This document shows positions 41,000 through 60,368 of a stretch of 64,000 nt of DNA, piece by piece; position 1 is the stretch's first letter; every line of letters starts with the position of its first letter. The stretch is from the NCBI RefSeq assembly GCF_009914755.1, contig NC_060948.1; one strand, given 5' to 3'. Under the pieces are notes generated by a model. That model was given only the letters and a program-made list of their open reading frames with translations, was not told the DNA's origin and made no database searches. The DNA is from the human T2T-CHM13v2.0 reference genome, Homo sapiens. The translations under genes were made by a program, and so were the position numbers.

Positions 41000-43106
41000 A
41001 GATCCATATTTTTTAAATGAAAAAAAATTTCAAAGGTACTCTGCTTGGTACAATAATCAAATGTATAAACTGAGGAATAAAACATAACCATGAAACCTAC
41101 TTATAACTGCATATGGAAAATACAGAGGATAATTTTTTAAATAACATATTTTGAAAGCCTTAACTAGTAATTTGAAGAGTTGGCATTTGAAAGGCCAGTA
41201 TGAATATACCTTCAAAGCAGCAACACAGGTTCCCCATGAGAAAAAGCAAACTCAGGGAAAATAAAAACACAAAGGTTCAATCTCTTCTGACCTTTGAAAG
41301 ACACAGCACAGACAGTGGTCCTTAGGACGAAGAGCAGGAGACCCCTAATTCCGTCACCATGGCGATAGGGCATAAACATTGCTGGGTGAGCGCACAATCC
41401 ACATTGTGAGGTCCAACTGCTGCCAGGAAGACAGGCGTGCTTTTACATAGACCGAAAGGTCATTGAAGGCTCAGAGTTTAGTTTCAAGAACTGAATCCCA
41501 AGCCCACACGTTATTAGGCTGCGCTTCTTAAAACAAGTTATGAGATGGGAAAAAGGGCACCCACAAACATACGTATACATTATGTATATAATAATATACA
41601 GTGTCATATATATAATATATATAACCTATGTATAATATTGTTTTACATCCTGCATCTTATGTTATATATATTGTATAAAATATAATTATTGATAATATAT
41701 AAGTTTTATAATTATGCTACATGACATATAGTATATATTATAATTTATGACATATATAATATATGTTATATATCATATATAGAATATATTATACGGTTAA
41801 TATACGTATTAAATATAAATTATACATTATATATATTATATATAATATATCTGTTATATATAATACCCATTATGCATAATATATATATTATGTCTATGTT
41901 ATATATAGTATAAAACAACATATAATAATATATAATTGTATATATAAAATGCGACATATAATATATATTATATTTTATGACATATGTAATATATATTATA
42001 TATTATATATAATACGTTGTATGTATAATACCTATATTAATTATATATTATATGACTATGTTATTAATTACATGTCACATGTGTTATATATTATATATTT
42101 TACATAGAATATACCGGTTACATACAATATATACTATGTTACCTATAATGTATAATTTATTACATGTAAAATAAAGAATGCAATATAGTATGTATAATTT
42201 ATAATATACAATATGTGGAATGTGATATATATAACATATAATATATGATATATGATATACAGTATATGATATATAACATACAATATATGATTCCTAATAT
42301 ATATGGTATACAATATATATTTTATGATATGTATTCTATATGTTTTATATTCTGTTATATATAACTATTTGAAATTATATATAACTGTATAAAATTTTAT
42401 GTAAATATGTAATGTAATATATATAACTATATAATATATTATATATAACTATATATTATGTTATATATACTTTTATAACATAATTTACATAAAATATCAT
42501 AATATAATATATATTATATTATTTCATATTTCATAATATATATTTCATATCACCCAATATAACTAACATACATAATATTATAATATAGATTATATTATGT
42601 TATATTAAATATCATATATATCATGTATCATATATTCTATAATATATATTACACATTATATAATATGTATGTTGTCTATTATGTGATATATATAACTATA
42701 TATATAATTATATTTTTATACATATAACTAGATAAACATGTAATTCTACATATTTTCATTTATAATATGTAGAATTATATAATCATATATAATTATTTAT
42801 ATTCTATAAAAAATTTTATCATTATATAAATTATAATATATAAAAATTATAATATGTACTACAAATATATATATATTATATATCATATATGATATAGTAC
42901 CTTTGTTATATATCATAATACATATAAATGTGTATTATGTTATCTATAATTATATAATTTCATATATAAGATGTATAATATGTATCATATATTATATATG
43001 TTATGTAATATATATAGTATATATAAGATGACACAGGATAAATATTATATACTATGACATATAAAATATATGAGGTTATATGTTACATATAAGGCATAGC
43101 ACATAA

Positions 43107-43421
<315 letters not shown>

Positions 43422-45528
43422 AGATCCATACTTTTTAAATGAAAAAAAATTTCAAAGGTACTCTGCTTGGTACAATAATCAAATGTATAAACTGAGGAAT
43501 AAAACATAACCATGAAACGTACTTATAACTGCATATGGAAAATACAGAGGATAATTTTTTAAATAACATATTTTGAAAGCCTTAACTAGTAATTTGAAGA
43601 GTTGGCATTTGAAAGGCCAGTATGAATATACCTTCAAAGCAGCAACACAGGTTCCCCATGAGAAAAAGCGAACTCAGGGAAAATAAAAACACAAAGGTTC
43701 AATCTCTTCTGACCTTTGAAAGACACAGCACAGACAGTGGTCCTTAGGACGAAGAGCAGGAGACCCCTAATTCCGTCACCATGGCGATAGGGCATAAACA
43801 TTGCTGGGTGAGGGCACAATCCACATTGTGAGGTCCAACTGCTGCCAGGAAGACAGGCGTGCTTTTACATAGACCGAAAGGTCATTGAAGGCTCAGAGTT
43901 TTCTTTCAAGAACTGAATCCCAAGCCCACACGTTATTAGGCTGCGCTTCTTAAAACAAGTTATGAGATGGGAAAAAGGGCACCCACAAACATACGTATAC
44001 ATTATGTATATAATAATATACAGTGTCATATATATAATATATATAACCTATGTATAATATTGTTTTACATCCTGCATCTTATGTTATATATATTGTATAA
44101 AATATAATTATTGATAATATATAAGTTTTATAATTATGCTACATGACATATAGTATATATTATAATTTATGACATATATAATATATGTTATATATCATAT
44201 ATAGAATATATTATACGGTTAATATACGTATTAAATATAAATTATACATTATATATATTATATATAATATATCTGTTATATATAATACCCATTATGCATA
44301 ATATATATATTATGTCTATGTTATATATAGTATAAAACAACATATAATAATATATAATTGTATATATAAAATGCGACATATAATATATATTATATTTTAT
44401 AACATATGTAATATATATTATATATTATATATAATACGTTGTATGTATAATACCTATATTAAATATATATTATATGACTATGTTATTAATTACATGTCAC
44501 ATGTGTTATATATTATATATTTTACATAGAATATACCGGTTACATACAATATATACTATGTTACCTATAATGTATAATTTATTACATGTAAAATAAAGAA
44601 TGCAATATATTATGTATAATTTATAATATACAATATGTGGAATGTGATATATATAACATATAATATATGATATATGATATACAGTATATGATATATAACA
44701 TACAATATATGATTCCTAATATATATGGTATACAATATATATTTTATGATATGTATTCTATATGTTTTATATTCTGTTATATATAACTATTTGAAATTAT
44801 ATATAACTGTATAATATTTTATGTAAATATGTAATGTAATATATATAACTATATAATATATTATATATAACTATATATTATGTTATATATACTTTTATAA
44901 CATAATTTACATAAAATATCATAATATAATATATATTATATTATTTCATATTACATAATATATATTTCATATCACCCAATATAACTAACATACATAATAT
45001 TATAATATAGATTATATTATGTTATATTAAATATCATATATATCATGTATCATATATTCTATAATATATATTACACATTATATAATATGTATGTTGTCTA
45101 TTATGTGATATATATAACTATATATATAATTATATTTTTATACATATAACTAGATAAACATGTAATTCTACATATTTTCATTTATAATATGTAGAATTAT
45201 ATAATCATATATAATTATTTATATTGTATAAAAAATTTTATCATTATATAAATTATAATATATAAAAATTATAATATGTACTACAAATATATATATATTA
45301 TATATCATATATGATATAGTACCTTTGTTATATATCATAATACATATAAATGTGTATTATGTTACCTATAATTATATAATTTCATATATAAGATGTATAA
45401 TATGTATCATATATTATATATGTTATGTAATATATATAGTATATGTAAGATGACACAGGATAAATATTATATACTATGACATATAAAATATATCAGGTTA
45501 TATGTTACATATAAGGCATAGCACATAA

Positions 45529-45843
<315 letters not shown>

Positions 45844-47950
45844 AGATCCATACTTTTTAAATGAAAAAAAATTTCAAAGGTACTCTGCTTGGTACAATAA
45901 TCAAATGTATAAACTGAGGAATAAAACATAACCATGAAACCTACTTATAACTGCATATGGAAAATACAGAGGATAATTTTTTAAATAACATATTTTGAAA
46001 GCCTTAACTAGTAATTTGAAGAGTTGGCATTTGAAAGGCCAGTATGAATATACCTTCAAAGCAGCAACACAGGTTCCCCATGAGAAAAAGCAAACTCAGG
46101 GAAAATAAAAACACAAAGGTTCAATCTCTTCTGACCTTTGAAAGACACAGCACAGACAGTGGTCCTTAGGACGAAGAGCAGGAGACCCCTAATTCCGTCA
46201 CCATGGCGATAGGGCATAAACATTGCTGGGTGAGGGCACAATCCACATTGTGAGGTCCAACTGCTGCCAGGAAGACAGGCGTGCTTTTACATAGACCGAA
46301 AGGTCATTGAAGGCTCAGAGTTTTGTTTCAAGAACTGAATCCCAAGCCCACACGTTATTAGGCTGCGCTTCTTAAAACAAGTTATGAGATGGGAAAAAGG
46401 GCACCCACAAACATACGTATACATTAGGTATATAATAATATACAGTGTCATATATATAATATATATAACCTATGTATAATATTGTTTTACATCCTGCATC
46501 TTATGTTATATATATTGTATAAAATATAATTATTGATAATATATAAGTTTTATAATTATGCTACATGGCATATAGTATATATTATAATTTATGACATATA
46601 TAATATATGTTATATATCATATATAGAATATATTATACGGTTAATATACGTATTAAATATAAATTATACATTATATATATTATATATAATATATCTGTTA
46701 TATATAATACCCATTATGCATAATATATATATTATGTCTATGTTATATATAGTATAAAACAACATATAATAATATATAATTGTATATATAAAATGCGACA
46801 TATAATATATATTATATTTTATAACATATGTAATATATATTATATATTATATATAATACGTTGTATGTATAATACCTATATTAAATATATATTATATGAC
46901 TATGTTATTAATTACATGTCACATGTGTTATATATTATATATTTTACATAGAATATACCAGTTACATACAATATATACTATGTTACCTATAATGTATAAT
47001 TTATTACATGTAAAATAAAGAATGCAATATATTATGTATAATTTATAATATACAATATGTGGAATGTGATATATATAACATATAATATATGATATATGAT
47101 ATACAGTATATGATATATAACATACAATATATGATTCCTAATATATATGGTATACAATATATATTTTATGATATGTATTCTATATGTTTTATATTCTGTT
47201 ATATATAACTATTTGAAATTATATATAACTGTATAATATTTTATGTAAATATGTAATGTAATATATATAACTATATAATATATTATATATAACTATATAT
47301 TATGTTATATATACTTTTATAACATAATTTACATAAAATATCATAATATAATATATATTATATTATTTCATATTACATAATATATATTTCATATCACCCA
47401 ATATAACTAACATACATAATATTATAATATAGATTATATTATGTTATATTAAATATCATATATATCATGTATCATATATTCTATAATATATATTACACAT
47501 TATATAATATGTATGTTGTCTATTATGTGATATATATAACTATATATATAATTATATTTTTATACATATAACTAGATAAACATGTAATTCTACATATTTT
47601 CATTTATAATATGTAGAATTATATAATCATATATAATTATTTATATTGTATAAAAAATTTTATCATTATATAAATTATAATATATAAAAATTATAATATG
47701 TACTACAAATATATATATATTATATATCATATATGATATAGTACCTTTGTTATATATCATAATACATATAAATGTGTATTATGTTACCTATAATTATATA
47801 ATTTCATATATAAGATGTATAATATGTATCATATATTATATATGTTATGTAATATATATAGTATATATAAGATGACACAGGATAAATTTTATATACTATG
47901 ACATATAAAATATATGAGGTTATATGTTACATATAAGGCATAGCACATAA

Positions 47951-48265
<315 letters not shown>

Positions 48266-50372
48266 AGATCCATACTTTTTAAATGAAAAAAAATTTCAAA
48301 GGTACTCTGCTTGGTACAATAATCAAATGTATAAACTGAGGAATAAAACATAACCATGAAACCTACTTATAACTGCATATGGAAAATACAGAGGATAATT
48401 TTTTAAATAACATATTTTGAAAGCCTTAACTAGTAATTTGAAGAGTTGGCATTTGAAAGGCCAGTATGAATATACCTTCAAAGCAGCAACACAGGTTCCC
48501 CATGAGAAAAAGCAAACTCAGGGAAAATAAAAACACAAAGGTTCAATCTCTTCTGACCTTTGAAAGACACAGCACAGACAGTGGTCCTTAGGACGAAGAG
48601 CAGGAGACCCCTAATTCCGTCACCATGGCGATAGGGCATAAACATTGCTGGGTGAGGGCACAATCCACATTGTGAGGTCCAACTGCTGCCAGGAAGACAG
48701 GCGTGCTTTTACATAGACCGAAAGGTCATTGAAGGCTCAGAGTTTTGTTTCAAGAACTGAATCCCAAGCCCACACGTTATTAGGCTGCGCTTCTTAAAAC
48801 AAGTTATGAGATGGGAAAAAGGGCACCCACAAACATACGTATACATTAGGTATATAATAATATACAGTGTCATATATATAATATATATAACCTATGTATA
48901 ATATTGTTTTACATCCTGCATCTTATGTTATATATATTGTATAAAATATAATTATTGATAATATATAAGTTTTATAATTATGCTACATGGCATATAGTAT
49001 ATATTATAATTTATGACATATATAATATATGTTATATATCATATATAGAATATATTATACGGTTAATATACGTATTAAATATAAATTATACATTATATAT
49101 ATTATATATAATATATCTGTTATATATAATACCCATTATGCATAATATATATATTATGTCTATGTTATATATAGTATAAAACAACATATAATAATATATA
49201 ATTGTATATATAAAATGCGACATATAATATATATTATATTTTATAACATATGTAATATATATTATATATTATATATAATACGTTGTATGTATAATACCTA
49301 TATTAAATATATATTATATGACTATGTTATTAATTACATGTCACATGTGTTATATATTATATATTTTACATAGAATATACCAGTTACATACAATATATAC
49401 TATGTTACCTATAATGTATAATTTATTACATGTAAAATAAAGAATGCAATATATTATGTATAATTTATAATATACAATATGTGGAATGTGATATATATAA
49501 CATATAATATATGATATATGATATACAGTATATGATATATAACATACAATATATGATTCCTAATATATATGGTATACAATATATATTTTATGATATGTAT
49601 TCTATATGTTTTATATTCTGTTATATAAAACTATTTGAAATTATATATAACTGTATAATATTTTATGTAAATATGTAATGTAATATATATAACTATATAA
49701 TATATTATATATAACTATATATTATGTTATATATACTTTTATAACATAATTTACATAAAATATCATAATATAATATATATTATATTATTTCATATTACAT
49801 AATATATATTTCATATCACCCAATATAACTAACATACATAATATTATAATATAGATTATATTATGTTATATTAAATATCATATATATCATGTATCATATA
49901 TTCTATAATATATATTACACATTATATAATATGTATGTTGTCTATTATGTGATATATATAACTATATATATAATTATATTTTTATACATATAACTAGATA
50001 AACATGTAATTCTACATATTTTCATTTATAACATGTAGAATTATATAATCATATATAATTATTTATATTGTATAAAAAATTTTATCATTATATAAATTAT
50101 AATATATAAAAATTATAATATGTACTACAAATATATATATATTATATATCATATATGATATAGTACCTTTGTTATATATCATAATACATATAAATGTGTA
50201 TTATGTTACCTATAATTATATAATTTCATATATAAGATGTATAATATGTATCATATATTATATATGTTATGTAATATATATAGTATATATAAGATGACAC
50301 AGGATAAATATTATATACTATGACATATAAAATATATGAGGTTATATGTTACATATAAGGCATAGCACATAA

Positions 50373-50687
<315 letters not shown>

Positions 50688-52792
50688 AGATCCATACTTT
50701 TTAAATGAAAAAAAATTTCAAAGGTACTCTGCTTGGTACAATAATCAAATGTATAAACTGAGGAATAAAACATAACCATGAAACCTACTTATAACTGCAT
50801 ATGGAAAATACAGAGGATAATTTTTTAAATAACATATTTTGAAAGCCTTAACTAGTAATTTGAAGAGTTGGCATTTGAAAGGCCAGTATGAATATACCTT
50901 CAAAGCAGCAACACAGGTTCCCCATGAGAAAAAGCAAACTCAGGGAAAATAAAACCACAAAGGTTCAATCTCTTCTGACCTTTGAAAGACACAGCACAGA
51001 CAGTGGTCCTTAGGACGAAGAGCAGGAGACCCCTAATTCCGTCACCATGGCGATAGGGCATAAACATTGCTGGGTGAGGGCACAATCCACATTGTGAGGT
51101 CCAACTGCTGCCAGGAAGACAGGAGTGCTTTTACATAGACCGAAAGGTCATTGAAGGCTCAGAGTTTTGTTTCAAGAACTGAATCCCAAGCCCACACGTT
51201 ATTAGGCTGCGCTTCTTAAAACAAGTTATGAGATGGGAAAAAGGGCACCCACAAACATACGTATACATTAGGTATATAATAATATACAGTGTCATATATA
51301 TAATATATATAACCTATGTATAATATTGTTTTACATCCTGCATCTTATGTTATATATATTGTATAAAATATAATTATTGATAATATATAAGTTTTATAAT
51401 TATACTATATGACATATAGTATATATTATAATTTATGACATATATAATATATGTTATATATCATATATAGAATATATTATACGGTTAATATACGTATTAA
51501 ATATAAATTATACATTATATATATTATATATAATATATCTGTTATATATAATACCCATTATGCATAATATATATATTATGTCTATGTTATATATAGTATA
51601 AAACAACATATAATAATATATAATTGTATATATAAAATGCGACATATAATATATATTATATTTTATAACATATGTAATATATATTATATATTATATATAA
51701 TACGTTGTATGTATAATACCTATATTAAATATATATTATATGACTATGTTATTAATTACATGTCACATGTGTTATATATTATATATTTTACATAGAATAT
51801 ACCGGTTACATACAATATATACTATGTTACCTATAATGTATAATTTATTACATGTAAAATAAAGAATGCAATATATTATGTAAAATTTATAACATACAAT
51901 ATGTGGAATGTGATATATATAACATATAATATATGATATATGATATACAATATATGATATATAACATACAATATATGATTCCTAATACATATGGTATACA
52001 ATATATATTTTATGATATGTATTCTCTATGTTTTATATTCTGTTATATATAACTATTTGAAATTATATATAACTGTATAATATTTTATTTAAATATGTAA
52101 TATAATATATATAACTATATAATATATTATATATAACTATATATTATGTTATATATACTTTTATAACATAATTTACATAAAATATCATAATATAATATAT
52201 ATTATATTATTTCATATTACATAATATATATTACATATCACCCAATATAACTAACATACATAATATTATAATATAGATTATATTGTGTTATATTAAATAT
52301 CATATATATCATGTATCATATATTCTATAATATATATTACACATTATATAATATGTATGTTGTCTATTATGTGATATATATAACTATATATATAATTATA
52401 TTTTTATACATATAACTAGATAAACATGTAATTCTACATATTTTCATTTATAATATGTAGAATTATATAATCATATATAATTATTTATATTCTATAAAAA
52501 ATTTTATCATTATATAAATTATAATATATAAAAATTATTATATGTACTACAAATATATATATTATATATCATATATGATATAGTACCTTTGTTATATATC
52601 ATAATACATATAAATGTGTATTATGTTATCTATAATTATATAATTTCATATATAAGATGTATAATATGTATCATATATTATATATGTTATGTAATATATA
52701 TAGTATATATAAGATGACACAGGATAAATATTATATACTATGACATATAAAATATATGAGGTTATATGTTACATATAAGGCATAGCACATAA

Positions 52793-53107
<315 letters not shown>

Positions 53108-55214
53108 AGATCCATATTTTTTAAATGAAAAAAAATTTCAAAGGTACTCTGCTTGGTACAATAATCAAATGTATAAACTGAGGAATAAAACATAACCATG
53201 AAACCTACTTATAACTGCATATGGAAAATACAGAGGATAATTTTTTAAATAACGTATTATGAAAGCCTTAACTAGTAATTTGAAGAGTTGGCATTTGAAA
53301 GGCCAGTATGAATATACCTTCAAAGCAGCAACACAGGTTCCCCATGAGAAAAAGCAAACACAGGGAAAATAAAAACACAAAGGTTCAATCTCTTCTGACC
53401 TTTGAAAGACACAGCACAGACAGTGGTCCTTAGGACGAAGAGCAGGAGACCCCTAATTCCGTCACCATGGCGATAGGGCATAAACATTGCTGGGTGAGGG
53501 CACAATCCACATTGTGAGGTCCAACTGCTGCCAGGAAGACAGGAGTGCTTTTACATAGACCGAAAGGTCATTGAAGGCTCAGAGTTTTGTTTCAAGAACT
53601 GAATCCCAAGCCCACACGTTATTAGGCTGCGCTTCTTAAAACAAGTTATGAGATGGGAAAAAGGGCACCCACAAACATACGTATACATTAGGTATATAAT
53701 AATATACAGTGTCATATATATAATATATATAACCTATGTATAATATTGTTTTACATCCTGCATCTTATGTTATATATATTGTATAAAATATAATTATTGA
53801 TAATATATAAGTTTTATAATTATTCTACATGACATATAGTATATATTATAATTTATGACATATATAATATATGTTATATATCATATATAGAATATATTAT
53901 ACGGTTAATATACGTATTAAATATAAATTATACATTATATATATTATATATAATATATCTGTTATATATAATACCCATTATGCATAGTATATATATTATG
54001 TCTATGTTATATATAGTATAAAACAACATATAATAATATATAATTGTATATATAAAATGCGACATATAATATATATTATATTTTATGACATATGTAATAT
54101 ATATTATATATTATATATAATACGTTGTATGTATAATACCTATATTAAATATATATTATATGACTATGTTATTAATTACATGTCACATGTGTTATATATT
54201 ATATATTTTACATAGAATATACCGGTTACATACAATATATACTATGTTACCTATAATGTATAATTTATTACATGTAAAATAAAGAATGCAATATATTATG
54301 TAAAATTTATAACATACAATATGTGGAATGTGATATATATAACATATAATATATGATATATGATATACAATATATGATATATAACATACAATATATGATT
54401 CCTAATATATATGGTATACAATATATATTTTATGATATGAATTCTCTATGTTTTATATTCTGTTATATATAACTATTTGAAATTATATATAACTGTATAA
54501 TATTTTATGTAAATATGTAATATAATATATATAACTATATAATATATTATATATAACTATATATTATGTTATATATACTTTTATAACATAATTTACATAA
54601 AATATCATAATATAATATATATTATATTATTTCATATTACATAATATATATTACATATCACCCAATATAACTAACATACATAATATTATAATATAGATTA
54701 TATTGTGTTATATTAAATATCATATATATCATGTATCATATATTCTATAATATATATTACACATTATATAATATGTATGTTGTCTATTATGTGATATATA
54801 TAACTATATATATAATTATATTTTTATACATATAACTAGATAAACATGTAATTCTACATATTTTCATTTATAATATGTAGAATTATATAATCATATATAA
54901 TTATTTATATTCTATAAAAAATTTTATCATTATATAAATTATAATATATAAAAATTATAATATGTACTACAAATATATATATATTATATATCATATATGA
55001 TATAGTACCTTTGTTATGTATCATAATACATATAAATGTGTATTATGTTATCTATAATTATATAATTTCATATATAAGATGTATAATATGTATCATATAT
55101 TATATATGTTATGTAATATATATAGTATATATAAGATGACACAGGATAAATATTATATACTATGACATATAAAATATATGAGGTTATATGTTACATATAA
55201 GGCATAGCACATAA

Positions 55215-55529
<315 letters not shown>

Positions 55530-57634
55530 AGATCCATACTTTTTAAATGAAAAAAAATTTCAAAGGTACTCTGCTTGCTACAATAATCAAATGTATACAC
55601 TGAGGAATAAAACATAACCATGAAACCTACTTATAACTGCATATGGAAAATACAGAGGATAATTTTTTAAATAACAAATTTTGAAAGCCTTAACTAGTAA
55701 TTTGAAGAGTTGGCATTTGAAAGGCCAGTATGAATATACCTTCAAAGCAGCAACACAGGTTCCCCATGAGAAAAAGCAAACTCAGGGAAAATAAAAACAC
55801 AAAGGTTCAATCTCTTCTGACCTTTGAAAGACACAGCACAGACAGTGGTCCTTAGGACGAAGAGCAGGAGACCCCTAATTCCGTCACCATGGCGATAGGG
55901 CATAAAGATTGCTGGGTGAGGGCACAATCCACATTGTGAGGTCCAACTGCTGCCAGGAAGACAGGAGTGCTTTTACATAGACCGAAAGGTCATTGAAGGC
56001 TCAGAGTTTTGTTTCAAGAACTGAATCCCAAGCCCACACGTTATTAGGCTGCGCTTCTTAAAACAAGTTATGAGATGGGAAAAAGGGCACCCACAAACAT
56101 ACGTATACATTATGTATATAATAATATACAGTGTCATATATATAATATATATAACCTATGTATAATATTGTTTTACATCCTGCATCTTATGTTATATATA
56201 TTGTATAAAATATAATTATTGATAATATATAAGTTTTATAATTATACTATATGACATATAGTATATATTATAATTTATGACATATATAATATATGTTATA
56301 TATCATATATAGAATATATTATACGGTTAATATACGTATTAAATATAAATTATACATTATATATATTATATATAATATATCTGTTATATATAATACCCAT
56401 TATGCATAATATATATATTATGTCTATGTTATATATAGTATAAAACAACATATAATAATATATAATTGTATATATAAAATGCGACATATAATATATATTA
56501 TATTTTATAACATATGTAATATATATTATATATTATATATAATACGTTGTATGTATAATACCTATATTAAATATATATTATATGACTATGTTATTAATTA
56601 CATGTCACATGTGTTATATATTATATATTTTACATAGAATATACCGGTTACATACAATATATACTATGTTACCTATAATGTATAATTTATTACATGTAAA
56701 ATAAACAATGCAATATATTATGTAAAATTTATAACATACAATATGTGGAATGTGATATATATAACATATAATATATGATATATGATATACAATATATGAT
56801 ATATAACATACAATATATGATTCCTAATATATATGGTATACAATATATATTTTATGATATGAATTCTCTATGTTTTATATTCTGTTATATATAACTATTT
56901 GAAATTATATATAACTGTATAATATTTTATTTAAATATGTAATATAATATATATAACTATATAATATATTATATATAACTATATATTATGTTATATATAC
57001 TTTTATAACATAATTTACATAAAATATCATAATATAATATATATTATATTATTTCATATTACATAATATATATTACATATCACCCAATATAACTAACATA
57101 CATAATATTATAATATAGAGTATATTGTGTTATATTAAATATCATATATATCATGTATCATATATTCTATAATATATATTACACATTATATAATATGTAT
57201 GTTGTCTATTATGTGATATATATAACTCTATATGTAATTATATTTTTATACATATAACTAGATAAACATGTAATTCTACATATTTTCATTTATAATATGT
57301 AGAATTATATAATCATATATAATTATTTATATTCTATAAAAAATTTTATCATTATATAAATTATAATATATAAAAATTATAATATGTACTACAAATATAT
57401 ATATTATATATCATATATGATATAGTACCTTTGTTATATATCATAATACATATAAATGTGTATTATGTTATCTATAATTATATAATTTCATATATAAGAT
57501 GTATAATATGTATCATATATTATAAATGTTATGTAATATATATAGTATATATAAGATGACACAGGATAAATATTATATACTATGACATATAAAATATATG
57601 AGGTTATATGTTACATATAAGGCATAGCACATAA

Positions 57635-57949
<315 letters not shown>

Positions 57950-60076
57950 AGATCCATACTTTTTAAATGAAAAAAAATTTCAAAGGTACTCTGCTTGGTA
58001 CAATAATCAAATGTATACACTGAGGAATAAAACATAACCATGAAACCTACTTATAACTGCATATGGAAAATACAGAGGATAATTTTTTAAATAACATATT
58101 TTGAAAGCCTTAACTAGTAATTTGAAGAGTTGGCATTTGAAAGGCCAGTATGAATATACCTTCAAAGCAGCAACACAGGTTCCCCATGAGAAAAAGCAAA
58201 CACAGGGAAAATAAAAACACAAAGGTTCAATCTCTTCTGACCTTTGAAAGACACAGCACAGACAGTGGTCCTTAGGACGAAGAGCAGGAGACCCCTAATT
58301 CCGTCACCATGGCGATAGGGCATAAACATTGCTGGGTGAGGGCACAATCCACATTGTGAGGTCCAACTGCTGCCAGGAAGACAGGAGTGCTTTTACATAG
58401 ACCGAAAGGTCATTGAAGGCTCAGAGTTTTGTTTCAAGAACTGAATCCCAAGCCCACACGTTATTAGGCTGCGCTTCTTAAAACAAGTTATGAGATGGGA
58501 AAAAGGGCACCCACAAACATACGTATACATTAGGTATATAATAATATACAGTGTCATATATATAATATATATAACCTATGTATAATATTGTTTTACATCC
58601 TGCATCTTATGTTATATATATTGTATAAAATATAATTATTGATAATATATAAGTTTTATAATTATGCTACATGACATATAGTATATATTATAATTTATGA
58701 CATATATAATATATGTTATATATCATATATAGAATATATTATACGGTTAATATACGTATTAAATATAAATTATACATTATATATATTATATATAATATAT
58801 CTGTTATATATAATACCCATTATGCATAATATATATATTATGTCTATGTTATATATAGTATAAAACAACATATAATAATATATAATTGTATATATAAAAT
58901 GCGACATATAATATATATTATATTTTATAACATATGTAATATATATTATATATTATATATAATACGTTGTATGTATAATACCTATATTAAATATATATTA
59001 TATGACTATGTTATTAATTACATGTCACATGTGTAATATATTATATATTTTACATAGAATATACCGGTTACATACAATATATACTATGTTACCTATAATG
59101 TATAATTTATTACATGTAAAATAAAGAATGCAATATATTATGTAAAATTTATAACATACAATATGTGGAATGTGATATATATAACATATAATATATGATA
59201 TATGATATACAGTATATGATATATAACATACAATATATGATTCCTAATATATATGGTATACAATATATATTTTATGATATGTATTCTCTATGTTTTATAT
59301 TCTGTTATATATAACTATTTGAAATTATATATAACTGTATAATATTTTATTTAAATATGTAATATAATATATATAACTATATAATATATTATATATAACT
59401 ATATATTATGTTATATATACTTTTATAACATAATTTACATAAAATATCATAATATAATATATATTATATTATTTCATATTACATAATATATATTACATAT
59501 CACCCAATATAACTAACATACATAATATTATAATATAGATTATATTGTGTAATATTAAATATCATATATATCATGTATCATATATTCTATAATATATATT
59601 ACACATTATATAATATGTATGTTGTCTATTATGTGATATATATAACTATATATATAATTATATTTTTTACATATAACTAGATAAACATGTAATTCTACAT
59701 ATTTTCATTTGTAATATGTAGAATTATATAATCATATATAATTATTTATATTGTATAAAAAATTTTATCATTATATAAATTATAATATATAAAAATTATA
59801 ATATGTACTACAAATATATATATTATATATCATATATGATATAGTACCTTTGTTATATATCATAATACATATAAATGTGTATTATGTTATCTATAATTAT
59901 ATAATTTCATATATAAGATGTATAATATGTATCATATATTATATATGTTATGTAATATATATAGTATATATAAGATGACACAGGATAAATATTATATACT
60001 ATGACATATAAAATATATGAGGTTCTATGTTACATATAAGGCATAGCACATATCATGTAATATATATCATATATAA

Positions 60077-60368
60077 TTTTATTTTAGACAGAATCTTGTC
60101 CTGTTGCACAGGGTGGGGTACAATGGCGCCATCTTTGCTCACTGCATCTTCTGCCTCACGGGTCCAAGCGATTGTCCTCCCTCAGCCTCCCAGGTAGCTG
60201 GGACTACACCACACTGGGACTACACCAGCTGCCACCATGCCTAGCTAATTTTTTGGATTTTTAGTAGTGACAGCGTTTCACTGTATTGGCCAGGATGGTC
60301 TTGATCTCTTCACCTTGTGATCCCCTTGCCTTGGCCTCCAAATTTGCTGGGATTACAGGCCTGAGCCA
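60077..60368 (-). mobile_element. Decayed Alu, unit 25
   Basis: Near-identical copy with an interrupted T-tract (TTTTATTTT). Confidence 0.93.

Noticed and set aside
46533-46757. 74-aa Ile/Tyr-rich ORF (also 48955-49179) and 63-aa ORF at 60897-61088
   Set aside because: These are translations of AT simple sequence. They are open only where single SNVs (for example TGA>TGG) remove a stop.
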